Source: an uncultured Chloroflexia bacterium
GTDB lineage: Bacteria > Chloroflexota > UBA6077 > JACCZL01
Length of the DNA: 64,000 nt
Assembly (NCBI GenBank): GCA_963765765.1
Contig: CAVXYC010000020.1
Coordinates: 64,001 to 128,000 of the forward strand
Reading direction: 5' to 3'
Of the stretch, positions 54,270 through 64,000 are shown in pieces. How positions within the stretch are numbered: position 1 is the stretch's first letter; every line of letters starts with the position of its first letter. Under the pieces are notes generated by a model. The model was not told where the DNA came from, did no database searches, and saw only the letters and a list, made by a program, of their open reading frames with translations. Position numbers and translations under genes: made by a program.

Positions 54270-54519
54270 GATGTTCGGCGACGTTCCCTGTGGAGCCATT
54301 CTGGATCTCCCCCGACGTCTGCACATACGTGTCCCAGAATGGTTGGCGCTTGCCGACTTCGTCTGCCACACCCTCAATCTGATAGGGCGACGTGGCGACG
54401 CCCAGATAGAAACCGTGCGGAAAGCGTCCTGCGGCCGCGGACTTCGTGTCGTTGCAATCGTCAGACTGCGAGATGGCTGTTACACCAGACGCGTCAACAT
54501 TGCGCTGGTCGTCACTCAT
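54270..54519 (-). pseudogene. N-terminal remnant of a GH1 beta-glucosidase, in frame with the deacetylase
   Basis: FPHGFYLGVATSPYQIEG...WDTY....GEIQNGSTGNVA; similarity then stops. Confidence 0.7.
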
Positions 54520-54941
54520 GGAATCCCCGATGATGTTGCGAGCGGTTGTCTTCGCGTTACCTATGATGTCGGGGGATTCAGGAGCCTTGCAGTGCCAATC
54601 AGCACGTCGTCACAGTGCCTATCAACACGTTGTAGCGGTGGCTCTTCGCGTTGATCTCACTCGCTTGGTGCGCCAAGTGGTCGACTTCGCGTTAGACCGA
54701 GCAATGGCAATGAGTGGAGTCGTCGCGTGTCGGATCGTAGAGGTCGCCGCGATACGCAGCTGGTGCTCACGACCTGCGACTCGATCCGTGGCGAACGCGG
54801 GAGCCAAGTCCAGGCCATCTAAAGATGGCGATTTTCCAACATCCGTCAACCGGCATCATGAGGACATTGAGATATTCCCGCTGATCGCACCGGATGTCGA
54901 TGGGGAAGAGCTCCGGCGCAAGGCAGCCGGGATCTGACGGA

Positions 54942-56337
54942 TTATGAGGACGGTAGGTCGACCAGCTGCCCCTCCGCATTCGCCGGAGCATGAGCTGGTC
55001 GAGGCAGCTGCGAGCGTTCAATCTCGTCCGTGGTTGGGTCCGGGTGCGAAGCCCTGGAGCCAAGAACACGGCCCATGAGCGCTAGAGCGATGCCGAACAC
55101 CGCGATGTTGACCACCTGTAAGGCAACGATCAGCAGCGGCGGATCCTGGCCCGGATCGGGAACGCTCGTAAATGCCCCCATGACCAGCGGATCACGCAAC
55201 ACCAGATTTGCCAACAGGCCGATTGAGACAAGGACCGCTATGGCCCACAGACGTCGATTCCGATGCGTCGCCAGCGCGCAAACGAGCAACGTCAGGGCTA
55301 AGTAGCTGTGGTTCTCATGGGCGCGCGTCATGAGCATGAAAAACCCGAAGCTGGCCGCGGCGGCAGCGAAGCTGAATCCGCCCGGCGCGCCGCGTCGGAG
55401 CCCCAGCAGACAGAACGCCAACCACATCAGAGCCAGTCCCCCGGCCACCATGCGATAGCTCAGCGGTCCAACGAACGGAATGGAGTCTTCAATCCAGTCC
55501 CCGTTCAGGAGCGTGGGGATCCACCACACATTATGGGCGTCCGCGGAGATCACGCGATTGGAGATGTCGTGACCGCTAAGATTGTCGAGGTACCGCCAGA
55601 CATGGTTGGCCCTTCCAGTGAACGTCCAGGGGCTCACGAGTACGCTGAGCGTGACTATGGCGGTAATGGCGGCGGTGCTGACTCGCTTAAGGTCCAGCCG
55701 GCTCAGGGCTGCCAACGCAATGATCGGGATGAGAATCCACCCTTGCGGTTTCCCAATGAGCAGTCCCGCGGCGCCTATCCCCAGCAACAACCCGAACCAC
55801 CCGGTAGCAAGCGGCCAAACACGTGACTACGACCAGACCGACGAGTGGATCGGTTTGGCCGAAGTGAGCCGCGTCGTACAGCGTGGCGGGATTGAGCCCA
55901 TACGCAAGGGCCACCGCCACGGGCCAATATTTGCTACCTGCATTCGCGCTCGCGCTCAATGCAAAGAGGACGCCGGTGATGGCTACGTGAGCAGCAATCA
56001 TTGGCGCCTTCAGCATCAGCGTAAGCGCTTGACTGCCTTGCGCGGCTCGCTCGTTCCAGGCGGGGTCGAACATGGTTTGGTAGAGCCAACCGACGGCCCC
56101 AAAAACGTAGATCACAATTGGAGCGCCATCGATATCGGTGCGATAGGCGTCGCGCAGGCCATTGCGCGCAAGATGTCGCGCCCAGGTCTTCCCTTGTTCG
56201 ATGTCGGCCGGATAACCCGGCGTAACTACGCCGATGACAACGCCCACTACCAGAACCAGCGTGAGTACGGCTGTGCACTGAAGCGCGCGGGTGCGCCGAT
56301 CAACTTGGGTCAGCTGCGCTATCAAAGATTGCGGCAT
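54942..56337 (-). CDS. GT-C membrane glycosyltransferase (mannosyltransferase-like), frameshift near 55790
   Basis: DI..W, LKAPMI, LNPA..YDAAHFGQTD, KPQ, AHNVWW, FFML.TRAHE. Confidence 0.8.
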
Positions 56338-56415
56338 CTTTGGGTCATCGAATCATGCAGGCGTACGTGCCGATGTCCCGTCACGTTCCAGATCCGAGCA
56401 GAATCAAATTCGGCG

Positions 56416-57528
56416 TCAGGATGCCGCTACGGGATCCTGCATTGGCGCCTTGCCCAATCGCGGGCCGGGAGTAATTCGGTAACGGGCGAAGTAGTTGAAC
56501 AGCTCATCAGTGGATCGGAAGACCCTGGAGCAGTAGCGACTGAAGAACGGACTTGGATCCGCCTCGGGCAGCCACACGCCGTAGACGCGCTTTCCAGTAT
56601 GCAGCGCATAATTCATCTCCGAGACAACGCCCGGAGACGGTACCGCGATATCGTAGTAAACCACGATCATGTCTGATTGAGCGATCAGTTTATAGTCACG
56701 AAACACGATCTGATCACTGATGTGCTGCGCTTCACGATCGCTGAATCCGTTCACTGTGCCAGTTGCGAGCGCCGCGGAGCCATCAGTTCGCCCGGGATGA
56801 TCGATCAGTGAGCCCGTCGTTTCATCGACATCGAAGTCATTGACGTCAGCAGGATCGAAGATGATGAGGTTTTCTTCCAGCCGCTTTTTGAACGCCTGAA
56901 GACCTCGATCGCCGTTGGTCTCACCGTGTGTCATCGGATAGCTGAGATACGCTTTGCGCATCTTTGGCTCAAAGAAGAGGCGATACATCGTCTCTGCGTC
57001 GGCCTGCTCCCCCAGCAGATACTGTGGCTTGCGCTGCATGCGCGCGAGCTCTTCGGTAGCAAACTGCTCTTCTTCTCTCCAGACCAGAAGGTCCTCATGG
57101 GACATCTCTTCCCAGCGAGGCTGATCTGTAAGCCGCTGTCTTACGGTGCGAACGCCTTCGGTCACTGTCACGTAAAAGTCAGGCCGGAGACGGCCCAGAT
57201 AGTACGGATCGAACCCTGAGATGAGCGTGTTCTTCCAACGGAACACGGCGTGGGTGATCATCCCCCAGCTGGCAGTACGCCCAGCCTGCTCCACCACTCC
57301 CGCCAGCTTTTCCAGAGCGGCGGCGCGCAACATCACCAGCGATGGCGGAAACATGTCGAGGACAGTCTCTTCCTCGACAGGCTGGCCAACGCCCTCTGCG
57401 ATCTGAAACATCGCCTCGCGGACATCGAAAATCTCGAAGCTCTCACCGCGCTCCTTCGCAAGGCGTTCCACCTCGCCGAGTACGTGCGATCGCTTCGTTC
57501 CGCTCACACCCGTGATAATTGCCCGCAT
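56416..57528 (-). CDS. Adenylate-kinase-like P-loop domain fused to nucleoside 2-deoxyribosyltransferase-like domain
   Basis: N-term ITGVSGTKRS, THA, WREEE; C-term AYLSYPM, RDYKLIAQSDMIVVY, SPGVVSEMNYA..GKRV. Confidence 0.7.
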   Translation of the reverse strand: MRAIITGVSGTKRSHVLGEVERLAKERGESFEIFDVREAMFQIAEGVGQPVEEETVLDMFPPSLVMLRAAALEKLAGVVEQAGRTASWGMITHAVFRWKNTLISGFDPYYLGRLRPDFYVTVTEGVRTVRQRLTDQPRWEEMSHEDLLVWREEEQFATEELARMQRKPQYLLGEQADAETMYRLFFEPKMRKAYLSYPMTHGETNGDRGLQAFKKRLEENLIIFDPADVNDFDVDETTGSLIDHPGRTDGSAALATGTVNGFSDREAQHISDQIVFRDYKLIAQSDMIVVYYDIAVPSPGVVSEMNYALHTGKRVYGVWLPEADPSPFFSRYCSRVFRSTDELFNYFARYRITPGPRLGKAPMQDPVAAS

Positions 57529-57541
57529 AGATTACTCCGTC

Positions 57542-59026
57542 TCAGGCCGCGTCGAGCTTCTGACGCAATAGCTCGTTGACCAGGCCTGGATTGGCGGCGC
57601 CGCGAGTGGCCTTCATGATCACGCCAACAAGCCGACCGATCGCCGCAGTCTTGCCACTCTTATAGTCGGCAACAGCCGCTTCATTGTTTGCTATCGCGTC
57701 AGCGACGGCCTGCTCCAACGCACCCGCATCGCTGATCTGTGCTAGTCCGCGCTCCTGAACGATCGCCGATGGGTCACCGCCGGATCGATAGAGGCGCTCA
57801 AAGACTTCTTTCGCCGCACTGGAATTGATCGACCCTGAATCGACGAGTTTGATCAATCCGGCCAGAGTCTCAGGAGTCAATTTGCCCAGCTCGGTCGCGT
57901 CATCATCGGTGGCGTCCCCGCTCGCCTTTTGGAGGCGGAAGAGCTCAGACTGAATCCAGTTGCTCACTTTCTTCGCATCCACACCGTGCTTAACGGTGGA
58001 TTCAAAGAAGTCGGCCATCGAGCGCGCCGTTGTCAACACTGAAGCGTCGTAGCGGTTCAGCCCGTACTCAGCTATGAATCGATCACGTCGGGCGTCTGGC
58101 AGCTCGGGCAGCCGCGCCTGAAGCGTTGCCACCCAATCGCGAGAGACCTTGAGCGGAGGCAAGTCCGGCTCGGGGAAATAGCGATAGTCGTGCGCCTGCT
58201 CCTTGGAGCGCTGCGAGACCGTGATGCCCTTCTCTTCAACCCAGCCGCGCGTCTCCTGAACGACTCGCTCGCCGTTCCGAAGCAAACGGGTCTGCCTTTC
58301 GATCTCGAACTCCAGCGCATGCTGCACTGATCGGAAGGAGTTCATGTTTTTCACTTCCGCCTTCGTGCCGTACGAGTTGGATCCCTTCGGCCGCATGGAG
58401 ATATTGGCGTCACACCGGAACGCGCCTTCTTCCATGTTTCCGCTCGAGACGCCGATCGTCCGAACGATCGTGCGCAGCTTCACCAGATAGGCTCGTGCCT
58501 CGGCTGGCGTCCGAATATCGGGCGCACCAACGATCTCCATCAACGGCACACCCGAGCGATTGACATCGAGCAGCGTAAAGCTCTCACCATTCGCATTGAC
58601 ATGCGTGAGTCTGCCGGTGTCTTCCTCAAGGTGCACACGCTCGAGGCGGATCTTTCGCTCGCCATCTTCCGTCTCTACAGTGAGCCAACCGTGACGCGAG
58701 AGCGGAAGGTCGTACTGCGAAATCTGATACCCCTTCATCAGGTCGGGATAGGGATAGTTCTTTCGATCGAACTTGCTCGCCTCCGGGATCTCACAGTTGA
58801 GCGCCAGCGCGGTCATGATCATGTACTCGACGGCCGTGCGGTTTATGACCGGAAGCATACCGGGCATTCCTAGGCAGACCGGACAGACATGCGAGTTGGG
58901 TGCGGCGCCGGCATATTCGGCTGAGCATCCGCAAAACATTTTGCTTTTGGTCAGAAGCTGAGAATGGACCTCCAGTCCAATCACGGCTTCGAAATCAGTA
59001 TCAACGACTGTGGCAGTGGTGGCCAT
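57542..59026 (-). CDS. gatB: Asp/Glu-tRNA amidotransferase subunit B
   Basis: IGLEVHSQL.TKSKMFC, CPVCLG.PG, FDRKNY.YPD, HLEED, EVKNMNSF, YRYFPEPDL. Confidence 0.97.
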   Translation of the reverse strand: MATTATVVDTDFEAVIGLEVHSQLLTKSKMFCGCSAEYAGAAPNSHVCPVCLGMPGMLPVINRTAVEYMIMTALALNCEIPEASKFDRKNYPYPDLMKGYQISQYDLPLSRHGWLTVETEDGERKIRLERVHLEEDTGRLTHVNANGESFTLLDVNRSGVPLMEIVGAPDIRTPAEARAYLVKLRTIVRTIGVSSGNMEEGAFRCDANISMRPKGSNSYGTKAEVKNMNSFRSVQHALEFEIERQTRLLRNGERVVQETRGWVEEKGITVSQRSKEQAHDYRYFPEPDLPPLKVSRDWVATLQARLPELPDARRDRFIAEYGLNRYDASVLTTARSMADFFESTVKHGVDAKKVSNWIQSELFRLQKASGDATDDDATELGKLTPETLAGLIKLVDSGSINSSAAKEVFERLYRSGGDPSAIVQERGLAQISDAGALEQAVADAIANNEAAVADYKSGKTAAIGRLVGVIMKATRGAANPGLVNELLRQKLDAA

Positions 59027-59245
59027 CTCACGCCCTTCGGGCGATTCCGAAGAATCGTCTACAGAATTATCGTCGATGTAGAGATGAACTGGAAATCCTG
59101 GTGAGGCAGACGCGTCCCTGGCTGGCCAGTGTGGTTAGCTCAGTAGTTACGGTGAACAACCAGCGACGGCTGTCCGCCGATGCACTGGCTACCGGTCGTC
59201 GATTGAGGGTATCACTAGCCCTGCGCAAGGAGTTGATCGTATCTC

Positions 59246-59683
59246 ATGCCTTTTCCCCACGTCGTCGAGTTGCTACAGCGTCGGTTCGCCCGCAAGCAGC
59301 AGTCCACCGGCTACGAGGACATGTACGATGATCCGCTAAGTCTCGGAGAACACCCGGGGGAGATCGTCGGTGGTGTGAAGGTCAATGGTGTTACGATCGC
59401 GCCCAACGTGCGACGACGCGTTCAGGACCACTTACTCGAGCATCGAGCCGATTGGATCGAGTCTCTCGGAAAAGAAGGCAAGCGCGTGGGTGAGGTCCGG
59501 CTCGTACACGACATCATTGAAGTAGTCGTGGAGAAAGAGCAGGAAGCCGCCCACTTCGTGAAGGACCACGAGCGCGAATTGAAAGCAGCAGGCGTGGCTA
59601 GCCTTCTTGGTTCGGCGCTGGCTGGTAGCGCCATCGTTGCCCGCCATCTCCACAGTCGCAGCAAGTTGAACCAACCGAAATAG
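59246..59683 (+). CDS. Uncharacterised protein with C-terminal hydrophobic helix; homolog of 10051..10488
   Basis: AAGGAG RBS; own terminator at 59712-59743; internal paralog supports coding status. Confidence 0.8.
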   Translation: MPFPHVVELLQRRFARKQQSTGYEDMYDDPLSLGEHPGEIVGGVKVNGVTIAPNVRRRVQDHLLEHRADWIESLGKEGKRVGEVRLVHDIIEVVVEKEQEAAHFVKDHERELKAAGVASLLGSALAGSAIVARHLHSRSKLNQPK

Positions 59684-59711
59684 ACAGCGCTCCACACCAG
59701 GTCTCGATTTC

Positions 59712-59743
59712 GAGCGGGCCAGTCTAGGACCGGCCCGCTCTTT
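59712..59743 (+). terminator. Intrinsic terminator
   Basis: GAGCGGGCC-AGTCTAGGACC-GGCCCGCTC-TTT. Confidence 0.6.
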
Positions 59744-59871
59744 GCGTCTAAGCGAAACCCGTTGGTGCAGGACACCGCTGCGTCGGCTCGTACATGCACT
59801 TGTGACATGAACTTTCCCTCTGACTAAGGCAGGCGCCTGGTAAGATGGACGAAATTCGCGGGGGATTGGCC

Positions 59872-61209
59872 ATGCCAGATGCAGGCGCAAGCCTTACCGA
59901 GCAGGATCTCCTCGAGGATCTGCGCGCTCACGCATTTGCCCCGTCTAACGGTCCTACGCGCATCGGCTTGGAAGTCGAGCAGCTTGCCTTTCACGGAATT
60001 CAGACCACGCCTCTGACCTTGATCATGGAAGCTCTTGAGCCGCTTGTAGCGCTGGGCGAGCTTCAGAAAATCACCGCCGACGGCAAACCGCCGATTTACG
60101 CCTACGGCGATTCCTGCCTGACATTCGAGCCGGGCGGCCAACTCGAAATCGTGTCGCCCCCTCGAGAATCGGCAGTCGCTGCGCTACGCGACATTGCTCA
60201 TCTCGAGACGCTTCTCGATGGTGCACTCACCTGGCGGGGGATCAGGCGAGCGAATCACGGAATGACGCCCTGGCAGGGCGTGAATGAGATCAGCCTGCAG
60301 ACACCACTTCCGCGTTATCGCAGCATGGACTCGTACTTCTCCGAAATCGGGCCAGATGGCGCGCGCATGATGCGGCTTTCGTGCGCAATACAAATCAACA
60401 TAGGCTCTGGATCTGCCGACCAGGTTCCGCAGCGCTGGCGACTCGCCAATCTTATGTCACCTGTCCTCATTGGGATGTTCGCAAACTCTCCAATGGCTGA
60501 GGGCCGAGTGACCGGCTGGAAGAGCACCCGGGCGGAGGTGGTTGCGTCGATGGACCCGAGCCGCACGGGTATGGTCTCTGGATCTGATGGCCCCACCGAC
60601 TACCTGAAATTTGCGTTGAACGCCGGAGCTCTCCTGCGCCGAACGCCCGCCGGTTACATTGCCGGGGTTCCATCACTGACATTCGGTGACTGGCTCCATA
60701 GCGGAGATACATGGGGTTATCCCACGCTCGAAGATTGGCACTACCACCTCTCCACACTGTGGCCCATGGTAAGACCGCGTGGATTCCTGGAGCTCCGTGC
60801 TATGGACACGTCTCCAGTTCGATGGAGGAGCGTGCCCGTCGCCGTGGTGAGTGCCCTGGTGTTGGACGCCGCCGCCGGCCAGGCCGCGCTGGAACTACTC
60901 GAGCCCACCTCTAATCGTTGGGAGAGGCTGTCGGCGGCTAGCGCGCATGACGGTTTGGAAAATCCTGAAGTCTGCAAGCTGGCTCAGCAGCTCATGCAGC
61001 TCGCTCGAAGCTCATTCGATCGACTTCCCGTGGACTGGCTCGACGAGTCGATCATTGATGACGTCCGCGCGTTCGACGAGCAGTACACCAGTCGCGGTCG
61101 TTGTCCGGCTGATGATCTGCTGGATCTGCACCAGCCGGAATTGAAGGCGGCTCGACGCGCTCTGGAGGATGTCCCGTACGGACCGCTGTTCCCCGGAGAC
61201 GGCGCCTGA
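59872..61209 (+). CDS. egtA: Glutamate-cysteine ligase (GCS2), ergothioneine pathway
   Basis: IGLEVE, TFEPGGQLE, PRY..M..YF, FANSP, DPSRT, YHLSTL.P.VRPRGFLELR. Confidence 0.88.
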   Translation: MPDAGASLTEQDLLEDLRAHAFAPSNGPTRIGLEVEQLAFHGIQTTPLTLIMEALEPLVALGELQKITADGKPPIYAYGDSCLTFEPGGQLEIVSPPRESAVAALRDIAHLETLLDGALTWRGIRRANHGMTPWQGVNEISLQTPLPRYRSMDSYFSEIGPDGARMMRLSCAIQINIGSGSADQVPQRWRLANLMSPVLIGMFANSPMAEGRVTGWKSTRAEVVASMDPSRTGMVSGSDGPTDYLKFALNAGALLRRTPAGYIAGVPSLTFGDWLHSGDTWGYPTLEDWHYHLSTLWPMVRPRGFLELRAMDTSPVRWRSVPVAVVSALVLDAAAGQAALELLEPTSNRWERLSAASAHDGLENPEVCKLAQQLMQLARSSFDRLPVDWLDESIIDDVRAFDEQYTSRGRCPADDLLDLHQPELKAARRALEDVPYGPLFPGDGA

Positions 61210-61223
61210 GCCCTGGCCACAGT

Positions 61224-62561
61224 ATGAATACACACGTTCAAGGTCTCGAACGGGAGCGGACGCGCGAGCGCCGCGACCGTAAGGCGGACATCCGCGCGCG
61301 ACTCGAGGATGCGCGGGCGCGCACCTGGCAGATCATCGACCCGCTGAGCGACGAAAACGCGCGCAAGCAGCACAACCCGCTCATGAGCCCCCTGGTGTGG
61401 GACGTGGCTCACATTGGCAACTTTGAAGAGCTCTGGTTGGTCCAGGAGCTCGGGAAGCTGCCGTCGATCAACGCGCTCTACGATCAGATCTACGACGCAT
61501 TCAAGAACCCTCGGCGCGAGCGGGAGAAGCTACCCCTCCTCAACCGACAGGAGTGTCGCGAGTACCTGGCGGCCGTTCGCGAACAAGCGTTGGCTCATCT
61601 TGATCAAATCGACCTCGATGCGCCGAATCCACTGACTCATGACGGATACGTGTTCGAGATGATCATCCAACATGAATACCAGCACGACGAGACTATGCTC
61701 GCCACCCTGCAGCTCATGTCGGAGCCTGGCTATCGTCCCGAAATTCCACCGATGCGCGCTGGCTCATGCCCCCACAGGAAATGGTCCTCGTCGGATGCGG
61801 GCCCATTCATTATGGGCACGAACGACCGGGTGGCCGCATACGACAACGAGCGCCTTCCGCACCAGATCAATTTGCCCGCGTTCTGGATGGACAGCGTCCC
61901 CGTGACAAATCAGGCGTATCTGCGGTTCGTGGAAGCAGGCGGCTATCGGCGCACTGAGCTATGGGCACCTGAGGGCCAAGCGTGGCTCGAGCAGTCCGGT
62001 GCCGTATCGCCTCAGTTCTGGGAGCAGCGAGAGGATGGCTGGTGGGTAAACATTTTTGGATACATTCTTCCACTGAACCCTAATCAGCCTGTACAGCACG
62101 TCTGTTACTGGGAGGCCGATGCGTATGCCCGATGGGCGGGTAAGCGGCTCCCGACGGAAGCGGAGTGGGAGAAGGCCGCGTCCTGGGACCCGGCCGCGGA
62201 GCGAAAGTCAATGTTCCCCTGGGGCGATGAACCTCCCACGCCTGATCTAGCCAACCTAGATCAGCTCAATTGGCAGCCATCTGAAGTCGGAGCTCATCCT
62301 AGAGGAGCTAGCACGTACGGATGTCAGCAAATGATTGGCGATGTCTGGGAGTGGGTGAATTCCGATTTTCTGCCGTATCCCGGGTTTGAGGCATTCCCAT
62401 ATAAGGAGTATTCCGAGGTGTTCTTCGGCAGTGACTACAAGATCCTGCGCGGCGGCTCATGGGCCGTACGGCCGGGAGCAATTCGCAACACGTTCCGAAA
62501 CTGGGACTACCCGATCCGTCGTCAAATCTTCAGCGGCTTCCGCTGCGCGCGAGACGCATAG
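61224..62561 (+). CDS. egtB: Ergothioneine sulfoxide synthase (DinB + FGE-sulfatase domains)
   Basis: LMSPLVWDVAHIG, QHEYQHDETML, EADAYARWAGKRLPTEAEWE, GDVWEW, FRNWDYPIRRQIFSGFRCA. Confidence 0.95.
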   Translation: MNTHVQGLERERTRERRDRKADIRARLEDARARTWQIIDPLSDENARKQHNPLMSPLVWDVAHIGNFEELWLVQELGKLPSINALYDQIYDAFKNPRREREKLPLLNRQECREYLAAVREQALAHLDQIDLDAPNPLTHDGYVFEMIIQHEYQHDETMLATLQLMSEPGYRPEIPPMRAGSCPHRKWSSSDAGPFIMGTNDRVAAYDNERLPHQINLPAFWMDSVPVTNQAYLRFVEAGGYRRTELWAPEGQAWLEQSGAVSPQFWEQREDGWWVNIFGYILPLNPNQPVQHVCYWEADAYARWAGKRLPTEAEWEKAASWDPAAERKSMFPWGDEPPTPDLANLDQLNWQPSEVGAHPRGASTYGCQQMIGDVWEWVNSDFLPYPGFEAFPYKEYSEVFFGSDYKILRGGSWAVRPGAIRNTFRNWDYPIRRQIFSGFRCARDA

Positions 62562-63550
62562 TGACTGCCCGCGAGCTCGATCGCTTCACGCTGGACCGTC
62601 ATCTCGAAGGAAGCCAGCTGAGTACGATGCGCGACGAGGTGCGCGCGGGGTTGACCGCGCCCCAAAAATCGCTACCGTCGAAATACTTCTATGATGCCGT
62701 CGGGTCCGAGCTTTTTGAGAAGATCACTGAGCTTCCGGAGTACTACCAGACCCGTACAGAGTTGGCGATCCTGCAGTCCCTGGCTGCGCCGCTGGCCGAC
62801 CAGTATCGCTGGACTGAGGTGGTTGAGATTGGATCCGGCTCGTCCAAGAAGACGCTGGCAATCCTCGACGCCCTCAACGAGCGCAAACTGCTCAAACGGT
62901 TCATCCCGATCGACGTGAGTGAATCAATCCTTCGCGAGAGCGCTGAGGCACTGCTCAAACGCTACGCCGATATCCGCGTTCATGGTGTGATCGGGGACTT
63001 CATGGTCCACCTGGGCTCAGTCCCGCCATCAGATGGTCGGCGATTGGTGATCTTTCTCGGCAGCACAATTGGCAACCTGGATGTGCCCGAGCGCCTGACG
63101 TTTTTGAAGTCCGTACGTGGCATGCTGGGCCCGGACGATCACTTTCTAGTAGGCATGGACCTGGTGAAGGACATCGCCGTTCTAGAGGCAGCGTACAACG
63201 ACAGTCAGGGCATCACGGCCGAATTCAACCGCAACGTCCTTCGAGTGGTGAATCGGGAACTAAACGCCAATTTCGTTCCCGAAGCCTACCGCCATAGGTC
63301 GTTCTTCAACACGGATGCTTCCAGAATCGAGATGCATCTCGTACCAGAATCGCCGCAAGACGTCGTGATCCATGACCTCGACCTGTCGATTCACTTCGAT
63401 CCGAACGAGACGATTTTTACGGAGATTTCTTGTAAGTACACAGAAGCATCCGCACGCGAGGCGCTTGAGCTTGCAGGCCTGGAGCTATCAGCGTGGTATA
63501 CGGATCCCAAAGGGCTATTTGGGATGGCGCTGGCGAAGCGTCGGGATTAG
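62561..63550 (+). CDS. egtD: L-histidine N-alpha-trimethyltransferase
   Basis: KSLPSKYFYD..GSELFEKIT.LPEYY.TRTE, GSG, FLGSTIGN, AYNDSQG.TAEFN, RIEMHL, TEISCK; GTG overlaps egtB stop. Confidence 0.95.
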   Translation: MTARELDRFTLDRHLEGSQLSTMRDEVRAGLTAPQKSLPSKYFYDAVGSELFEKITELPEYYQTRTELAILQSLAAPLADQYRWTEVVEIGSGSSKKTLAILDALNERKLLKRFIPIDVSESILRESAEALLKRYADIRVHGVIGDFMVHLGSVPPSDGRRLVIFLGSTIGNLDVPERLTFLKSVRGMLGPDDHFLVGMDLVKDIAVLEAAYNDSQGITAEFNRNVLRVVNRELNANFVPEAYRHRSFFNTDASRIEMHLVPESPQDVVIHDLDLSIHFDPNETIFTEISCKYTEASAREALELAGLELSAWYTDPKGLFGMALAKRRD

Positions 63551-63642
63551 AGACGAACTAGTTCCCTACTGAAGCGTCTTTCAATGGCAGGAATGGAGCT
63601 GAGTTACTAGCCTACGGCCCACCGGTGATATCGGCGACACCC

Positions 63643-63757
63643 TCGGTGTTCATGGCGTGTCGGTGCGCCTGAGCGCATGGCACTTCTCCGGATGACAAGG
63701 ACGAACAGCGTTCCGGCGAAATATCGGTGTTCATGCGTCGTGCGCCGAGCGCGTGGC
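63643..63757. repeat. Imperfect ~35-39 bp direct repeat, two copies
   Basis: TCGGTGTTCATGGCGTGTCGGTGCGCCTGAGCGCATGGC vs TCGGTGTTCATGCGTCGTGCGCCGAGCGCGTGGC. Confidence 0.6.
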
Positions 63758-63855
63758 GCGTCTCAGGGCGACAACAACAATTAGGGACAACGAAAGCGCG
63801 ATAAATGAGCCGCTCTGGCAGGGGCCAGAACGCTCCTGCCGATGCTTACCCAAGT

Positions 63856-64000
63856 CTACTCGTCAGCTATCGGCGCGAACTTCGTGGACCAATCGGTCGC
63901 CTGCTCATAAGCATTGGCAACACGCAGCACCATGGACTCGTCAAGAGGCTTGCCGATGATCTGAAATCCGACCGGGATTCCCTCTGAGAACCCGCACGGC
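63856..64000 (-). CDS. gatA: 3' end of an amidase, probably amidotransferase subunit A (rest outside the window)
   Basis: Manual translation [47 protein letters not shown]; same strand as gatB. Confidence 0.7.
   Translation of the reverse strand, partial: PCGFSEGIPVGFQIIGKPLDESMVLRVANAYEQATDWSTKFAPIADE

Noticed and set aside
59872-63550. Selenoneine or ovothiol cluster
   Set aside because: No SenB/SenC and no methyltransferase fused to the sulfoxide synthase; the egtA/egtD context fits ergothioneine
63643-63757. Possible CRISPR remnant
   Set aside because: Only two copies, several indels, no cas genes in the window

Overview
GC-rich bacterial chromosomal segment; gene content (multi-domain GT-C membrane proteins, sodN, egtABD) suggests Chloroflexota, by inference only. 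More than a dozen otherwise intact genes (thrC, guaB, acyl-CoA dehydrogenase, CoA ligase, egtB and others) carry 1-bp frame changes, most likely long-read indel errors, so split ORFs are merged here. In order: SDR; tRNA-Gly(GCC) and tRNA-Cys(GCA); rmlC and a large GT-C protein; tRNA-Leu(TAA) followed by a decayed tyrosine-integrase island with small orphan genes; ArsR-SRPBCC-RibD_C; amidohydrolase, NUDIX, thrC, guaB; a CoA-dependent catabolic cluster; glycoside hydrolases; sodX/sodN plus an unannotated His/Met-motif lipoprotein; an alternative sigma70; gnd, apt; a complete ISAs1 with a 10-bp TSD; a TPP enzyme and LigB-like dioxygenase; a coupled four-gene operon (NodB deacetylase, Yip1-like membrane protein, GxSxG hydrolase, predicted permuted papain-like His...Asn-Cys enzyme), the best candidate for an undescribed envelope acylation system; an adenylate-kinase-like/deoxyribosyltransferase-like fusion; gatB; and an opposite-strand egtA-egtB-egtD cassette lying between gatB and the 3' end of a probable gatA. 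An uncharacterised protein family occurs twice (about 10.1 kb and 59.3 kb). No CRISPR array or rRNA seen.
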